A stretch of 63,827 nt of DNA, counting the filler, from Neolecta irregularis DAH-3 (lineage: Eukaryota), in NCBI GenBank assembly GCA_001929475.1. It is 4 parts of 4 records of this genome, joined end to end, with 100 filler letters (N's around TTAATTAATTAA, not from the genome) between each part and the next. Parts side by side here need not be neighbours in the genome. Positions count along the whole stretch, not along the records: positions 1 to 31,633 come from LXFE01000737.1; 3 more parts are not named here. One strand, 5' to 3'. Shown in pieces: positions 1 through 13,293 of the stretch; the stretch's first letter is position 1; every line of letters starts with the position of its first letter. The notes under the pieces were generated by a model. The model was given only the letters and a program-made list of their open reading frames with translations. It was not told where the DNA came from and did not search any database. The translations under genes and the position numbers were made by a program.

Positions 1-434
1 ACAATTGCACCGTGAAACTTTCATCAGCCTGCTCCCTGATTCGACAAGCAACCTGGGAAATGTTTTTCTCGAGGGTGACTCGAAGAAGACCGTCAAGCAG
101 TCCTGGTTTGTACTCTAGCAGCGCATCTCGTATCGCCAAAATTCGACCTTTGGTCAATACAACAAGCTGAGACAGCCCCACAGGATTTCTGGATAACCAT
201 AGCAGCAGACGAGTCATATTCCAAGGCATTGACTACGACTTGTGCGAACTTTGCCAAAGCGCACGGCGAACACTGGGCCCATGACTGCAGCACCACGGCA
301 GAATCATCATCCGTGAGGAGTTGCGCCAAGTCCTTCTCGTCAGTTCATCAGATTTGCAATTGACTATATACAGCGAGAACCGGCGGATATTCGCAAGTCA
401 GCAGGTGGTGCAAAAGGTCTTTGGGGATTCGCAT
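1..434 (-). CDS. Hypothetical multi-exon protein, runs off window start
   Basis: ATG at 434; splicing two short GT-AG introns gives an open reading MRIPKDLLHHLLTCEYPPVLA|KDLAQLLTDDD...KSC|RILAIRDALLEYKPG; no recognised family. Confidence 0.4.
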
Positions 435-822
435 GGCTGGCCCAGATCACGAGACTGTGCCAATTGCGGTCAGGGACCTCGACGCCGCTACACGTGGCCA
501 TCCACAACAACCATGTTCCAATCCTCTGCATTCGCGATTGCGCCTGTTGCAAGCATTCCATCCGAATAGAACAGGTCTTGTACTAGGCTTGCCTTTTTTC
601 TGCACGGGTTTTTTCGAATTATGGCGAAACTGCACTAGTTTAATTCCTAATTATTGCAGATCTGATCCGAGTTAACCCAAAGCTATTAGCCATTTGTGCG
701 AGATTATTCGAGACTGCTGTTCCCAGTACGACGATCGCGAGGATGGAAGTGGAGTGCCAGCTCACGTGACCGACGACTCCTCACGTGACTATATATTGCA
801 TGCTCCACCACGCCAGCTGCGG

Positions 823-1873
823 ATGGCAGGAGCACGGGTGCAGGTGCAGGCAAATGTGTGTTTCAGCAAGGTGATCCCGCCGCTGCTCGTCCTCGCAACC
901 GCGTACTCGGTCTATGTCTTTCTCGCCGGCATCTGCAGTTGCCGCTGTCTCTGCGGCACAAGTGCTCACCCGTAGTCTCCACCCTGCTCCGCGACCAGCA
1001 CCGGCACGCCGCTGCCGCTGCTCTCGCTGCTGCGTTTCTCGGGCTGCTGCTGCTGATGGCCGTGTCGTTTGCCCGGCTGCTGCTCGCGCCGCCGGGCTTC
1101 GCCTCTGAGGACTGGGACCGCGCCGAGCCCCGCGCCTATGTGTGCGATCCCGCGGGGGCCCGCATCTGGTGCGCCGTCTGCCGCCTGCACAAGCCAGACC
1201 GCGCTCACCACTGCTCGGAAGTCGGCCGCTGCGTCCTCAAAATGGGTGCGTCGCTGGCGCCGCCTGCTGCTGATCGCAGACCACTACTGCCCCTGGGTCG
1301 GCGGCATTGTTGGCTTCTCCCGCTACAAGTTCTTTCTCCAGTTCGTTGTCTATGTCGCGCTCTACACCCTCTACATCGTCATCGCCACCTCCATCCTCCT
1401 CCACCAGAGGCTCGTCCTCTCCCAGCATATCTCGCCCACATGGATCGCCCTTCTCGCCCTCGCTGCCTTCTTTGCCCTCCTCATGATCCCCTTTAGCTGC
1501 ATACACATCACATACACCCTCCACAACCAAACCACGCTCGAGGCCATAAACTCCTCCGTCCGCTCAGTCTTCCTCAGCATCCAGTACACCCCGTCCTCCC
1601 GCGGCGTCATCACAACAGACAAGGGCGAAAACCCCTGGGACAGGGGCTACCTCGAGAACTGGAAAAGCGTGATGGGAATCTATTGGTGGGATTGGTTCTT
1701 GCCTATTCATTCAAGGTTTCCCCTCTACCTTCCTCCCATCGCTAACACCCAGCAGCCCTGGTGACGGCTGTACCTTTCCCTACAACGATCAAACAATAGC
1801 TCGTCTCTGCCAACAAGTCCAAACTCGCGATTCCCTACCCATTTACCCCACTAAAAGTGTATCCTCCCGATAA
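823..1873 (+). CDS. DHHC palmitoyltransferase (Pfa5-like), multi-exon
   Basis: C-x2-C...KPDRAHHCSEVGRCVLKM|DHYCPWVGGIVG cysteine-rich domain, TM helices, NQTTLE and NPWDRGYLENWKSVMG motifs. Confidence 0.9.
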
Positions 1874-2057
1874 TTTTAAAAATACATCCCTCTGATAATA
1901 TCACGGCGTTATTGCATCATATATTGTAGCTTTCTGTATCATTAATGCGATTTACATAATAATGCTTCAATTGCTGCCTCGAATCAAGTTGAAACAATAT
2001 ACAGCGGATTTATATATAAATCCCACAGTCAAATTGGTTCTCAACTCTATCAGCGGA

Positions 2058-3602
2058 TTACATTTGAATATTTTCAGCCCTCAAAACAAGTTGGCTCACA
2101 ATAATGTCAAGCGTATTCACATTCACCTTTTCCCATCCCGCCCTGGAATAAAACTCGCCACTCCACATATTTTTCGGTCTCATTTTTCGTCCCACAAGTT
2201 CCACCCATGTATCCTGTTGAAAGAAAAGCACAATCTTTAGCCGAAACTCTTCAACACAACAACTAATCTCTGCTAATTCACCCAATTGGGAAAATATCGC
2301 TAATTGAGAGTTTTCTATTCGAAAGGTGTCTTTACGAAGCTCGATACGTATTATACGAAGATTTTCTAATCGACAAATGACATGCTTCATCTCTGTAAAT
2401 TTTAATTCGCGTTCATGGAAACAGTAACATGTAAATGTATCCAATTGCCTTAAATTTTCTGCCATCACTTGAAAGGATGATGCAGGAATCTCTCCCCAAA
2501 ACGCAATACGTTTCAACGCCCCTGCCATTCTAATCAAAAGACGAAAAAGGTCCCAAATCACTTCAATAGTCTTGGAATCATCCCCGCGAATATGACTCGT
2601 GTAAAAATTCAATTCTTCCAGTTGTGGAAGGAGCCCGCGAGTTTTAGGTCGTGATCCACTGAATGACATGATTCTTAATTCAATTTGTCGAAGAGAAGAG
2701 CAGGATGTCAAGTATCTCCATATTTTGTCATCAACAGCACCGGAAAATTTGTACGTTCGAAGAAAATTCGATGGACAAAAGAATACTGCGTTTGTTCGAA
2801 TATACGAGACGCAAGGAGGTAGTGCCCATGTCGTAATCAACGGAATACGAACAGAGGATGCACCGCCAAGATCGAAAACAGTAATAGTAGAGATTGACTT
2901 GCAATATCGTAACCAAATCTCGAGTCCCTGAGCAATATTCTTCCCATCTTCACGAACTGTAATCTTTTGTAAACGGTCGCCTAGTATCTTTGCTGTTTCC
3001 AGCAAATCATCAGACCATGCCAATACACTCAAATCTGGAGAGTACGATATACTGTCAATTGTCCATGATCCTAAAGTACGACTGGCCAAATTTCTCAAAA
3101 AGAGGTGAATCTTGCCCACATATCCACGGTGTAAACGTAACGGTAACCGAATATACAATTCAATCTGTGCGTTCCGACTCCCATCGACAAAATCAAGTAT
3201 CTCCTTCATCCACAAGTCCAAGCATTCAACAACAAAATTACCATCCATTAACATTCCATTTGAATCGAGATCAAGATGCCGCGGGGGAACAGATACTATT
3301 AATTTCCGAATATACCCACGATTACGACGATCTGCTTTCAATATACTTTGAAATCTAGTTCCAAAAGAACATTCAATCTCTTGCCAAAGAGTATAAAGAC
3401 TTGCTTGCGAAATCGATTTATTAACACTCAATAACCGGACTAAATCCGCTTGCTCTAAATTCCCCAATATAAGACTTACCATCTCGACAGGCAGTTTGTT
3501 AAAGCCGGTATTCTTTTTGCACTCATCGGATACGTGTGATATAAAGCCGATATTTTCGTTTTCAACGGGTAAGTTTGATACCTCTGATTCATTGAAGTGC
3601 AT
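2058..3602 (-). CDS. F-box protein with LRR-like C-terminus, intronless
   Basis: 514-aa ORF; F-box motif FNKLPVEMVSLILGNLEQADLVRLLSVNKSI; leucine-periodic segments (LRQIEL, LPQLEELNF, LENLRIIRIEL). Confidence 0.75.
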   Translation of the reverse strand: MHFNESEVSNLPVENENIGFISHVSDECKKNTGFNKLPVEMVSLILGNLEQADLVRLLSVNKSISQASLYTLWQEIECSFGTRFQSILKADRRNRGYIRKLIVSVPPRHLDLDSNGMLMDGNFVVECLDLWMKEILDFVDGSRNAQIELYIRLPLRLHRGYVGKIHLFLRNLASRTLGSWTIDSISYSPDLSVLAWSDDLLETAKILGDRLQKITVREDGKNIAQGLEIWLRYCKSISTITVFDLGGASSVRIPLITTWALPPCVSYIRTNAVFFCPSNFLRTYKFSGAVDDKIWRYLTSCSSLRQIELRIMSFSGSRPKTRGLLPQLEELNFYTSHIRGDDSKTIEVIWDLFRLLIRMAGALKRIAFWGEIPASSFQVMAENLRQLDTFTCYCFHERELKFTEMKHVICRLENLRIIRIELRKDTFRIENSQLAIFSQLGELAEISCCVEEFRLKIVLFFQQDTWVELVGRKMRPKNMWSGEFYSRAGWEKVNVNTLDIIVSQLVLRAENIQM

Positions 3603-3822
3603 TTTTTTGGCAAGTGGGAATGGAATTTAGTTCTTGATATATAGTAACTTGAACTATTCTGACTAATTGTGGTCATAAAATAGATTTTCCTGGAGATAAC
3701 GCTTCCTTAGACTATTTATACAGAAAGGGATTCGTGGGAAATACTAATGGATCATCCCGGATCTTTATTGGTTGAGAGGGTAGTAACCACACCTCACCCA
3801 TTGAAGAAATTTTTTTCTAGTC

Positions 3823-5146
3823 ATGTTTTCATGTGCGTTTTATCCCATTGTTTTCCCCACCATTTGATATTAATTTTACAGTAGTAGTCGCTGCACTTCG
3901 ACCTCGTATCCTTTGTTCATCGATCGCGTTTCGGCAGTTCGCTAGTTTTCGATCGACTGATCGACCACAAGACGAAAAAAGACCTTCTATGGTTCAAAGA
4001 TGTCTTGATAGAACTGATGTACTCCTATTTCCCAGTCTCATTCGGAAATAACATAACCCTTAGGAACCTCTTTTCCTGGACATTGCAAATCGCGTCGAGA
4101 ATAATCTTCCTTTGCAACCATTATATTCAGAGCTCTGCCAGCTTCAAGAAAGAGACCCAAAGGATGCACTTACCTATGAAATCATGTTGATGATGAACTA
4201 CCAAGATAGCGATTTCGCCCTAGAGTTATTCGAAAAAGCAAAACATGCAGATGCTGTCTCTACCCGTCTTACCAATCACGTAATTACAATTCTTGCTCGG
4301 AAAAACAGATTCGACGAGGCAATGAAATTTCTTGGACAAGCAACAAGAAAGATTTCGCCCAAGTCAATGGAATTTCTATATAAATCCGCCCCATCTGATC
4401 CGGATATTCTCAGTGAACTCAGAAAATTTGCAGTAAAACATCATTCAAACGGTGCATCTGATAGTTTTTACATCGCGGCATTAGCAAAAGCAGATCTCGA
4501 CGCTGCGAGAAAATTTGCCATGGAAAGATCAAATCCACCGACTCGAGTATGGAATGCACTATTTGAAGCGGCCGGAAAAACAAAAGATATCGATATCGTC
4601 TATTCTATTCGTCAAGACTATCCAAAAGACCTCCCTATTCGAGGAGCGACACAGGTCTCTTTATTCATGGCCGTCGCGAAAATATTACCAGATCAATTAT
4701 TTGCACTAGCCAAGGGCGAAAAAGTATCCAATCTATCTGAAAACGCCGCAATACTCTTTAAAGAATTTGAAGTATTTCTTCAAGATACCCCCCTCTCGCC
4801 ATTTCAATTCCCTCTAGTTGGCTATCTCTACATTCCAGACTGGCAACAAGCTATAAAGGTAATCGAATACGCTGAATCGACAAAAGGAGATGTATCCAAA
4901 TTGTACAAATACTACTTTCAAGCCCTTGAACAGCACAACAAATTGGACAAAGCTTCTGAATATCTTGCCAAGATAGATTCCCTAGGACTCGCATCGTCAG
5001 CGGATTACTCTCGACTCTTCCGTGCATATTTGAGAAATGAACAAGTCGAGCAAGGGAAACTTGTGATAGAGGAGATGAAAACTAAAGGTATGTCTATATC
5101 GTATGATTTAGTTGGGAGTTTATTAAACTCTGGAGTTGAAACGTAA
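3823..5146 (+). CDS. PPR-like mitochondrial helical-repeat protein, paralog 1
   Basis: Exons 3823-3832, 3882-4018, 4064-5146 splice in frame; N-term MFSLVVAALRPRILCSSIAFRQFASFRS is presequence-like; ~35-aa PPR-like motifs e.g. TRVWNALFEAAGKTKDIDIVYSI and ADYSRLFRAYLRNEQVEQGKLVIEEMKTKG. Confidence 0.8.
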
Positions 5147-5885
5147 ATCTTCTCGAAGATTCGATCGTAAAATAGATGTTTCCCAAGTTATGATTTAGAT
5201 GTACTTGATAATTCTTTTCCTAAAAATAAAAAATATGTTGTTATATGATATTCAAATTGTTGAAAGGAGCTATTTCCTACTACTTTTATAAAGCAGAGTT
5301 TACAATATTTGGCAAATGAAAAGCAACTAAGCAACTCTTGTGAGAAACGATAAAGGATATATCGATAAAACCGGAACTATTGCGAGTTGATTACCGGAGG
5401 TTCTTTGGGGTATCTATTGTTGGTTGAATAAGGGTAATTATGCTTTGGAGAACAAAATGCGTGAACTGGGAAATTTCTTTGGTGTGATTCGGATCGAGAT
5501 AGGAAGATATACACGTGATATTCTCGAAAGATAAAGATCAAGACTGTTTTGTGATGCTAGTGAATGGTTGATTAATTCACAGGAATTGAATTGAATGTAG
5601 CAGACTGCTATACTTCGACTGAAGATGATGAATTTCAGAGAACCCCTTGATTAATGGCGCCAAGCATCCTTTAAGAAGGAAAAACGAAGAGGCGACCGAG
5701 TTCTCTAATATGGATATTGGAAAGCTCGTCTTCAAAACATAATATAGATCGTGCCGGTATATCAACCAAGAAGAAAAAGCAGTCCAAGAACCTCTTTTGT
5801 TGTATTGCTTTAGATATGTCACGTGAAATGAAAATAAATTTTCATGGCCATTTCCCACGACGATACGACCCTCAACTCTCTCAAA

Positions 5886-7270
5886 ATGTTCAAAGGTTTG
5901 TCTATCCCCACACATCTTTTTGAATAAAAGGCTGATCCAGGCTTGTTAGTTTTGCAAAGCTTGGGAGTTCGATCGTATCCCTTACGGTTGCAGAGCTACA
6001 ATTCTTCCACCGGAATCATTCAACGGTCGTTCTCGGCTTCTCACTCGTTGCTCCAAAAGAAACAACGGAAATCGAAGTCTCTCCATAAATACAAAATAGG
6101 AAGCTTTCGTCAATTTATTGCTGCTTCTACTACTGTAAAATTACCGTTACTAGATTAGTTTTTAACTCCAAGAATCCCACGTTGCTTCAAGCTATTGCTC
6201 TTCTTGGCACACAGACACCAATCTCAGAGCTCAATGATAAGATTTTTAAAATCATCCATGAGGACCCATCTCACTCAGCTGCATACACAATACTAGTCGC
6301 TGGAAATCGAGATAACAAAGATATTTTGTCTGAAATTTGGATCAAGGCCAAGGCTGCAAATGTGGTTACTCCGTACCTTGCCTCCCATCTACTCCGCTCG
6401 TTTACTCGTTTGAAAGAATTCGACGCAGCATTCGAAATTTTCAAATCTGAGGAAGTTAGTCCAAAGACTCTTATCGACATGTACAACTGTGCCCCAGATC
6501 TCACTGCTCTCAATAAAGTTCGAGACCTGACTATGAAGAAAATTGGAGAATCAACACTTGCAACTAAGACTTTTATAAATCAAGCTTTAATCAAAAACCT
6601 CGCGAAATTCGATCTCAGTGCAGCACACAAGCTCGTAAGTGAAATGGAGTCGCCAAAAGTCTTCCTCTGGAAAGACATTTTCCAAGAAGCTGGAAACAAT
6701 CGAGATGCTGATGCTCTATACAATGCTTACAAGAAGTACACAGAGTCCGGGTTTTCTTTGGGTGACTTAGAAATGTTCTTTTACGTGGCTTTGGCCAAGA
6801 TTTACCCGGAAGCTATGTTCGCTATGGCCAAAATGTCAGGACCACCCGGAGAGCTCTCGGCGAACGAGAAAGAAATGTTTGACGATACCTCGGCTGATAA
6901 GCCGAATAGGAAACCGCGGATGGTGCAGAAATTCATATACCCACTCATCGGATTCCTTGAGAACGGACAGTACGAAAAGGCGCAGGAGGTGATTGAAATT
7001 GCGAACCCAGAAAAAAAATCACGTTGTCTTTATCTTTATTCAATCTACCTTAGCCATCTAACCCGAGAGAATAAAGTGGATGAGGCATTAGAATGGTTAG
7101 AAAAGATGGATTCTTTGAAACTCGGGCCATTTCAGCCTCAATATCTCGCTTTACTGATAGCGTGCAATCGGAGAGCTGAGACTGAACAAGCTGAAAAAAT
7201 CATCACTGCAATGCAGAAGAAAGATTTTCACATCCCGAGACATTTACTTCCTGCAGAAAAGGTGCAGTAA
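5886..7270 (+). CDS. PPR-like mitochondrial helical-repeat protein, paralog 2
   Basis: Exons 5886-5895, 5941-6134, 6173-7270; N-term MFKGLLVLQSLGVRSYPLRLQSYNSSTGIIQRSFSASHSLL; repeats such as PQYLALLIACNRRAETEQAEKIITAMQKK. Confidence 0.8.
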
Positions 7271-7905
7271 GGTTGAACCCGAGACCCATCAAGTCGAGTC
7301 GAATTCGCATGCAAAACCTTCATTTTGGAAATATTACGACTGGGATCATTTCTAATTGCTAAAATTACTTGTATACCTTCAATTTCTATTCCTCTAGATA
7401 GAATGAATAACAAACCGGATCTCTTTTCTACCTGCTATTCAACACAACAGAGTATCCCAAGGTATCCCATATACCTTTTCTGGGTAGAAACCCCCAAACG
7501 GATGCCACACAATCAAGAATATGACAGCGTGGTATATTTTCGAAATTTATGACAGCATGATGTAGAATAGACAACGGTCTCAGAATATCGCTTTAATAAA
7601 ACTATACAACGGCAATATTCGAATGGTACGGAACTTTGAGCTAGTGTTGAAACTCCAGCCAAGTAAGAGATTCGGTGCGCTTTAAGCATCTCTTCTACCC
7701 TAACATTTGGTATAAATATATTTATGTCCATATATGACAAGATATTCAAAGAGAAACCACAATAATAAGTAGCTAGTATGAACCATTTCTATACCTTTAA
7801 AGGTGAGCAAAGGATATCTCGTGAAGGAAGGAAATTTTCGGGATTTCGGGTTTCGGGATCAACTAATTAATTACTACACACCTGAACACTTCACCACGTT
7901 CATGC

Positions 7906-9266
7906 ATGTCAGTTAGTAACACTGGCTATAGGATTCAGCAACTAATCAAAAATCCATTTAGCCATAAGTTTATTTATCAGAATGGCCATCTTCCCTATTT
8001 TTCCAATCCGAATTCCTTATTAAAATCCTTGGTTTTTGTCCGGAGCAAGTTCGCCTTCGCACAACAAAAATCAGATGACATGCATAGACATACCAAGCAC
8101 TATTTGGTACATTCCAATGCGGGGTTTTCCTCTTACATTTCTAGTCTCAGCTGCATCAAGCCGCTGCCGACTGCATTCGAGAAAATAAATCCTTCAAGTG
8201 GTTTAAACTGCCTCTCCTTGAATACCTGAAAAAACACCCCACTGATGAAAATACATATGCTCTCCTTCTGAACGGAAATTCTAGAGACAAAGATTTCATA
8301 ATAAATCTCTATCAGAAAGCCAAAAATGTGTCAGAAGTTAATATACTTCTTTCAAACCTGGCATTAAGACATCTCCTGCGAAATGGCCACTTTGACGAAG
8401 CATTCAAGATATTTAAAGAACAAGATCACATTAATCTCAGCAACATAGGCGAAATGTTCTCCCGTTGTAAAGACGAGCAAACGCTGCATCAAATTTGGAA
8501 TATCACAGACGAGAAAATCAGAACATTTGCGGTTCAAGATGCAAAGGTCATTTGGAAAGAATACATCACTGCCTTCGCAAAGTTTAACTATGAGGAAGCT
8601 CTACGGTTTGTTTTGTCTCTTGAAGAAAGAAGTTCCGAGCATTGGATACCGCTCTTTGAAGTTCCAGGCGACAAGAAGGATATTCGTATGCTCCACGGGC
8701 TCTTGCATACCATCATCAGAGACCGATTCCCGTTGAAATATGTTCATCCCGTTTTATTCATCGCTCTAGCCAAGATATATCCTTGGAAAGTCTTCCGCGC
8801 ATTTCAAGGAAAAAAAGTGACTGGGGCAACGCCTGAAGAGAATTTTCTTCTCCAACAAATTACATCCAAGTCCCTTTTCCAAATAAATCAACTGTCACAA
8901 TATTCGATATACAAAATTCCAATGATTGGGTTTTTGGCCAATGATCAATTGAAACTCGCCGAAGAGGTCATTCTATTCGCTGAAGATTCCAATCGCAAGA
9001 TTGACGGTTCCATGTATCTGTGCTATTTCGAAAGCATTATGGCTCGAGGATTATTGCGAGACTGTGTTAGGTGGATGCGTGTGATGGCGAGCAAGGATCT
9101 TTATCAAGTTCAGTTTGCATATCGCAAGGTCATCAATATGTCTCTTGAGCATAAAGAAATCACGGTGGCTCAACAATTGGCTCGGGAAGCTAGTGTAAAA
9201 GGTGTTAATATCGGCTTTATGTTGAGGCAAAAGTTAAAAGAGCTGAAGATACCTGCGAAACCATGA
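7906..9266 (+). CDS. PPR-like helical-repeat protein, paralog 3 (start codon uncertain, about 7902-7906)
   Basis: Phase-0 intron 8107-8144 joins the N-terminal exon to SQLHQAAADCIRENK...PTDENTYALLLNGN; shares FIALAKIYP and IPMIGFL family motifs. Confidence 0.75.
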
Positions 9267-10280
9267 CCAAAAATGCGGAATTAATGTGAAAGTTTGCCTG
9301 AACAGGCCATCTATTATTCTCTGGTAATACCTGGCTTGAGCTGGAGTATAACTTGGGTAAGCATATGCTGGGAAAGATGACCTGTCGATAAAAAGAATTC
9401 ATGGTTCGCCAATCATATCAAAGTTGAGATCTGAGGTTCTTATGTACCTGTGGTGATTATTTTTATCAAGGTGATCCATTAGCATGGCAGGAAACGAAGG
9501 AGGGGCTTGCTGAATTGGAGCCGTCTTCTAACTTAGTTTTGCACTGTTGGACGTGGAACCCCAAGTCATAGAGATATTTAATCGAGAAATACTATGTTTG
9601 GACAAGGTTCAACCGCCGACCCCTAACCTTATTCGATTCGTACATGATAGAAGATGTCTCGAGACAATTGCATTTCTCTTTCTCTCGATTTCATCATTAA
9701 AGTCCTCTTCTTTTCGTCATGATTGATGGTACTAAATAATACAATGTCGCCCTTCAGAATAACCCCAATGGTCTCAAATATCTTAAACGTTCAATTGTAG
9801 AGAAAAGGGTAAGAGAAATCTCCTTCATTTTCAGGTGAACAAGATGCTGTTAGTCGTGGCTCTCATATCAAGTTGAAAAGTATGAGCTGCAAAGGCGGAC
9901 AATTTGATATTTGGAATAATATATTGAGGCAGAATATTCAAAATGCTGTCACAAATTGTACAAGCCTCTTCTTCTTGATGCTATACCATTATGGGCTATT
10001 CTATCTGGCAGCGTACCCGGAAGGCTGTGATGATATTGTCAGCCGATTGATAAGGTCAAATTACGCTGATAAATCGATGCACCTAACAAATGTCAAGTAA
10101 ACACAAGACTATGCTATCTGGGAATTTCAGGCAGGTTCTTTTATTCAAATATTTGTACAGTTAGAGTTTCTGTTTCGCCAAAGCAAAGACATCGGGGAAT
10201 CTCGGCAAGTATACTACTTCACACAGACACCAAGAAAGTTAATTCGAAGTGCATACAGTATCATATATGGTCGTTTTCGA

Positions 10281-11648
10281 ATGAACAGCCCGAGAAGCCT
10301 CATTCGATTGCACAGAACACCGCTGGTCTTCTCGCACATGAACAGAAGGAAATTAGTCACTAATAACCCAGTTCCGGATCCAATCTACCATCGCATACAA
10401 AAACATGTCCGACCAGCCTTCATGATTGCAGAGAAACGTGAAGTAAGAACAACTTCGAATCATTTCTGAGTAGTCCAGATGCCATGCTATCAGATATCAG
10501 CCACTTATCTCAAGAAAAATAAATCGTTCGCTCCCCTGAACCGGAGACTCCTTCGGAAAGCTAGAAATCCAAAGAAGAATAGCTGTCTGTCGTGGAGACT
10601 GCTAATCGCAGGAAACAAACATGACCCAGAGTTTATATGGGATTTATACCAGCAATCAAAACTGACTGCCCGTGCATCACTTGCAGTGGGAAGTGACTTT
10701 GTAAACGCATTCCTAGAATTGAAGGATTTCAATCGAGCTTTCACGGTGTGGAAGGATTATTGCCTTTTCCTAGCGAACATGGCCATCGGATTGATTAACC
10801 TTGCCCCGAATCAAGATCTACTTCGAGATATCTGGAGCGAGATCCACAGGAAATCGCACCAAAAGCAAGAGATTTCGAACCACCTACTATATCACTATAC
10901 CAAGAAGCTGGCTGAATTTGACTTTTACATAGCGCAAAAATTTGTCTTGGAGAACTCGAAAGAAGACAGGCGACCCGAACCCTGGATAGCAATCGTTCGG
11001 GCTTGTGGTAAACGGAAGAAGATTAAGGAATTATATGACGTTTTTGTAAATCTACAAGGGCTTGGGATTGACATACAACCGATCATCCAAAGTTTATGTT
11101 GTGCTCTTGCACAGACAAGGCCCGAAATGATATTCGCGGTGTTTCAAGGAAGATTGGAATATTATTCGAGCATAACGGAGCGGGAACTGATCGGACTAAT
11201 TATATCTTTCAACATGGAGATGATGGAAAGAGGTCTGCATGAGTCAAAATGGACGATCCCTTTGCAGGGATTCATTTGCAGGAACAGGTGGCAGGGTGCC
11301 AAACAGGTGCTAAAGTATGTGGAAGAAAAAGATAGGAAAGCACTCCTACCGACCTTAAAGTTCTATCTTTTAGAGGTTTTGAAAAAAGAGAAGTGCAAGC
11401 ACGGCTTATTGCTGGAGGATGTTGAGCAGATGGACGAGAACTTCCTAGAGGGGCTATATTACCAGGTGCTGAAAGACAGCGGTAAAGACGGCAACATGCA
11501 GATATTGGCGCGGATGATAGAGCAGAAAAATAATAATCCAACAGCAAAAAAGCCAACAGGGCAGAGCCCGCAGGAGCAAATGGAGAAGATGGGGGGGCAA
11601 GGAGAACAGGGAAAGCGGAAGGATTCGGACAAGGTAGCGACTGGGTGA
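10281..11648 (+). CDS. PPR-like helical-repeat protein, paralog 4
   Basis: Phase-0 intron 10443-10478; Arg-rich N-term MNSPRSLIRLHRTPLVFSHMNRRKL; motifs SWRLLIAGN, ALAQTRPEMIFAVFQG, WTIPLQGFI. Confidence 0.75.
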
Positions 11649-11873
11649 TCACTTTCCCCCGGAATCTTCCGATGAAAATTCTGAGTGCCTTTCTGCCAAG
11701 TTAGTTCATAGCACCGTGTTGTCGCGTGCTCCCTGTCCCGCACCCGCCAATACTCAGTCTGTGCCTGAATGTAAATAAAGAATTGGAGCATGAAATTTGG
11801 CGCCCACCGAACGCACTTTAATGTCTTGGGGATATCAGGACTGTAGAGCAGGTGATCTGATCCATACACCTCC

Positions 11874-13293
11874 ATGTTAACAGGTACGTTTATTTCCACC
11901 TCAACCTTTTTTCCCTAACGGAAGAGGTGCTAATGCGTCTCAGTTCAGTTATGCTTCTATCGCTCTCGGCCCTTCCTTCCAATATCGAAGCGTGCCGGTT
12001 GGAGATCATATCATCACACCGCTCCCAGACAACGGATGAGACATCGAGTCGATCGGGGGTATTACGGCGTGTTGTCGGACCATATCGTCAATTCAACCTC
12101 TGTATCTCGTTCTTTTATCAGAGACTTACTAGCAGGACCCGTTATACCTTGAGGCTGCTGCCACCCTTAGAGAATCACGGTCGATAGACCCTCTTGTCCC
12201 TCGTCTGCTTGAACTCACAGAGTCAAACCCTACTGAAAAGATCGCTTGGCACCTTTTGGCCTCAGGAAACGCCTCTAATCCAGAAGCTCTCACTTCTCTC
12301 TACCGGCAGGCGAAAGCACGAGACGTTGCATTTCCGGGTTTACTCAACACCATCGTTGATTTTCTAATTCGAAAGAATGGTAATTTTAATGGAGCATTTG
12401 AAATTTTTCATGAAAATAAAAACGTTGAAGTCGCTCGCATTGAACAATTCATCAATCTTGCAAAAGATAAACTGTCGCTCAAGAAATTATGGAACGAGAT
12501 TATCCGCAAATCGAGATTCGAACCATCGGAGCGTCCGCTTATGAGTCCAGTTGCGATTTATGCGTATTCCCAAGCACTCGCCCGATTCAGTTTTATAGAA
12601 GCTAGGGACTTTACAATCAATATATCGTCAAAAAACCGCGATGTAAATCCATGGATAGGTCTCATTGAAGCTGTTGGAGCGAGTAAGAATCTCCCTCACC
12701 TCCATGAGACTTTTCGCCTCTCCCAAGCTCACAAAATTCCGTTCGCCAAGATATCTGGAAAACTGTTTGGAGCGCTTGCCAGAATATTGCCATATAAAGT
12801 ATATGCCGCGTTTCAAGGGGAGTCGGTAAATTCCTCAAAGTCTAAGGAAAAGGAATTGTTCAATCTGATCAATCCCATCAGTATCTCCGAGTCTCACCTT
12901 CCTCGAGGGGGAAGCGTTTGGGAAATCCCCCTGATGGGGTTCCTCTTGAATGAAAGGTGGAATGACGCGGAACAGGTGGTTTTCCACGCGGAGGAAGCAT
13001 ACGATTTAAATTTCCAGACGTTATATCTTACATATTTCGACTGCGCACGCAAGCATGCTCCTGCAGAAACCTGTCTTGATTGGCTGCGTCTTCTTCAAAA
13101 GAAAAGGCTTGACCAGGAATGTCATTACATTCGTTTGATCCAAGATTTTGAAGAAAGAGGATTGAAAGAGGCGATCAAAATTGTTAATGGAATGAGAACA
13201 TCCGGCGATAAGCCAATTTCTCTGCTTTCCAGTACCAACCCTTGTGCAGGAATATCAATGCATGCAAGGAATCATGTCAAAAGAGTTATCTGA
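11874..13293 (+). CDS. PPR-like mitochondrial helical-repeat protein, paralog 5
   Basis: Exons 11874-11883, 11944-12101, 12136-13293 give MLTVQLCFYRSRPFLPISKRAGWRSYHHTAPRQRMR...|DPLYLEAAATLRE...AWHLLASGN; motifs ALARILPYKVYAAFQG, WEIPLMGFL. Confidence 0.78.

Noticed and set aside
4049-4111. Stops and frame changes upstream of the PPR-like ORFs suggesting pseudogenes, recoding or an alternative genetic code
   Set aside because: All are removed by short GT-AG introns at a conserved position
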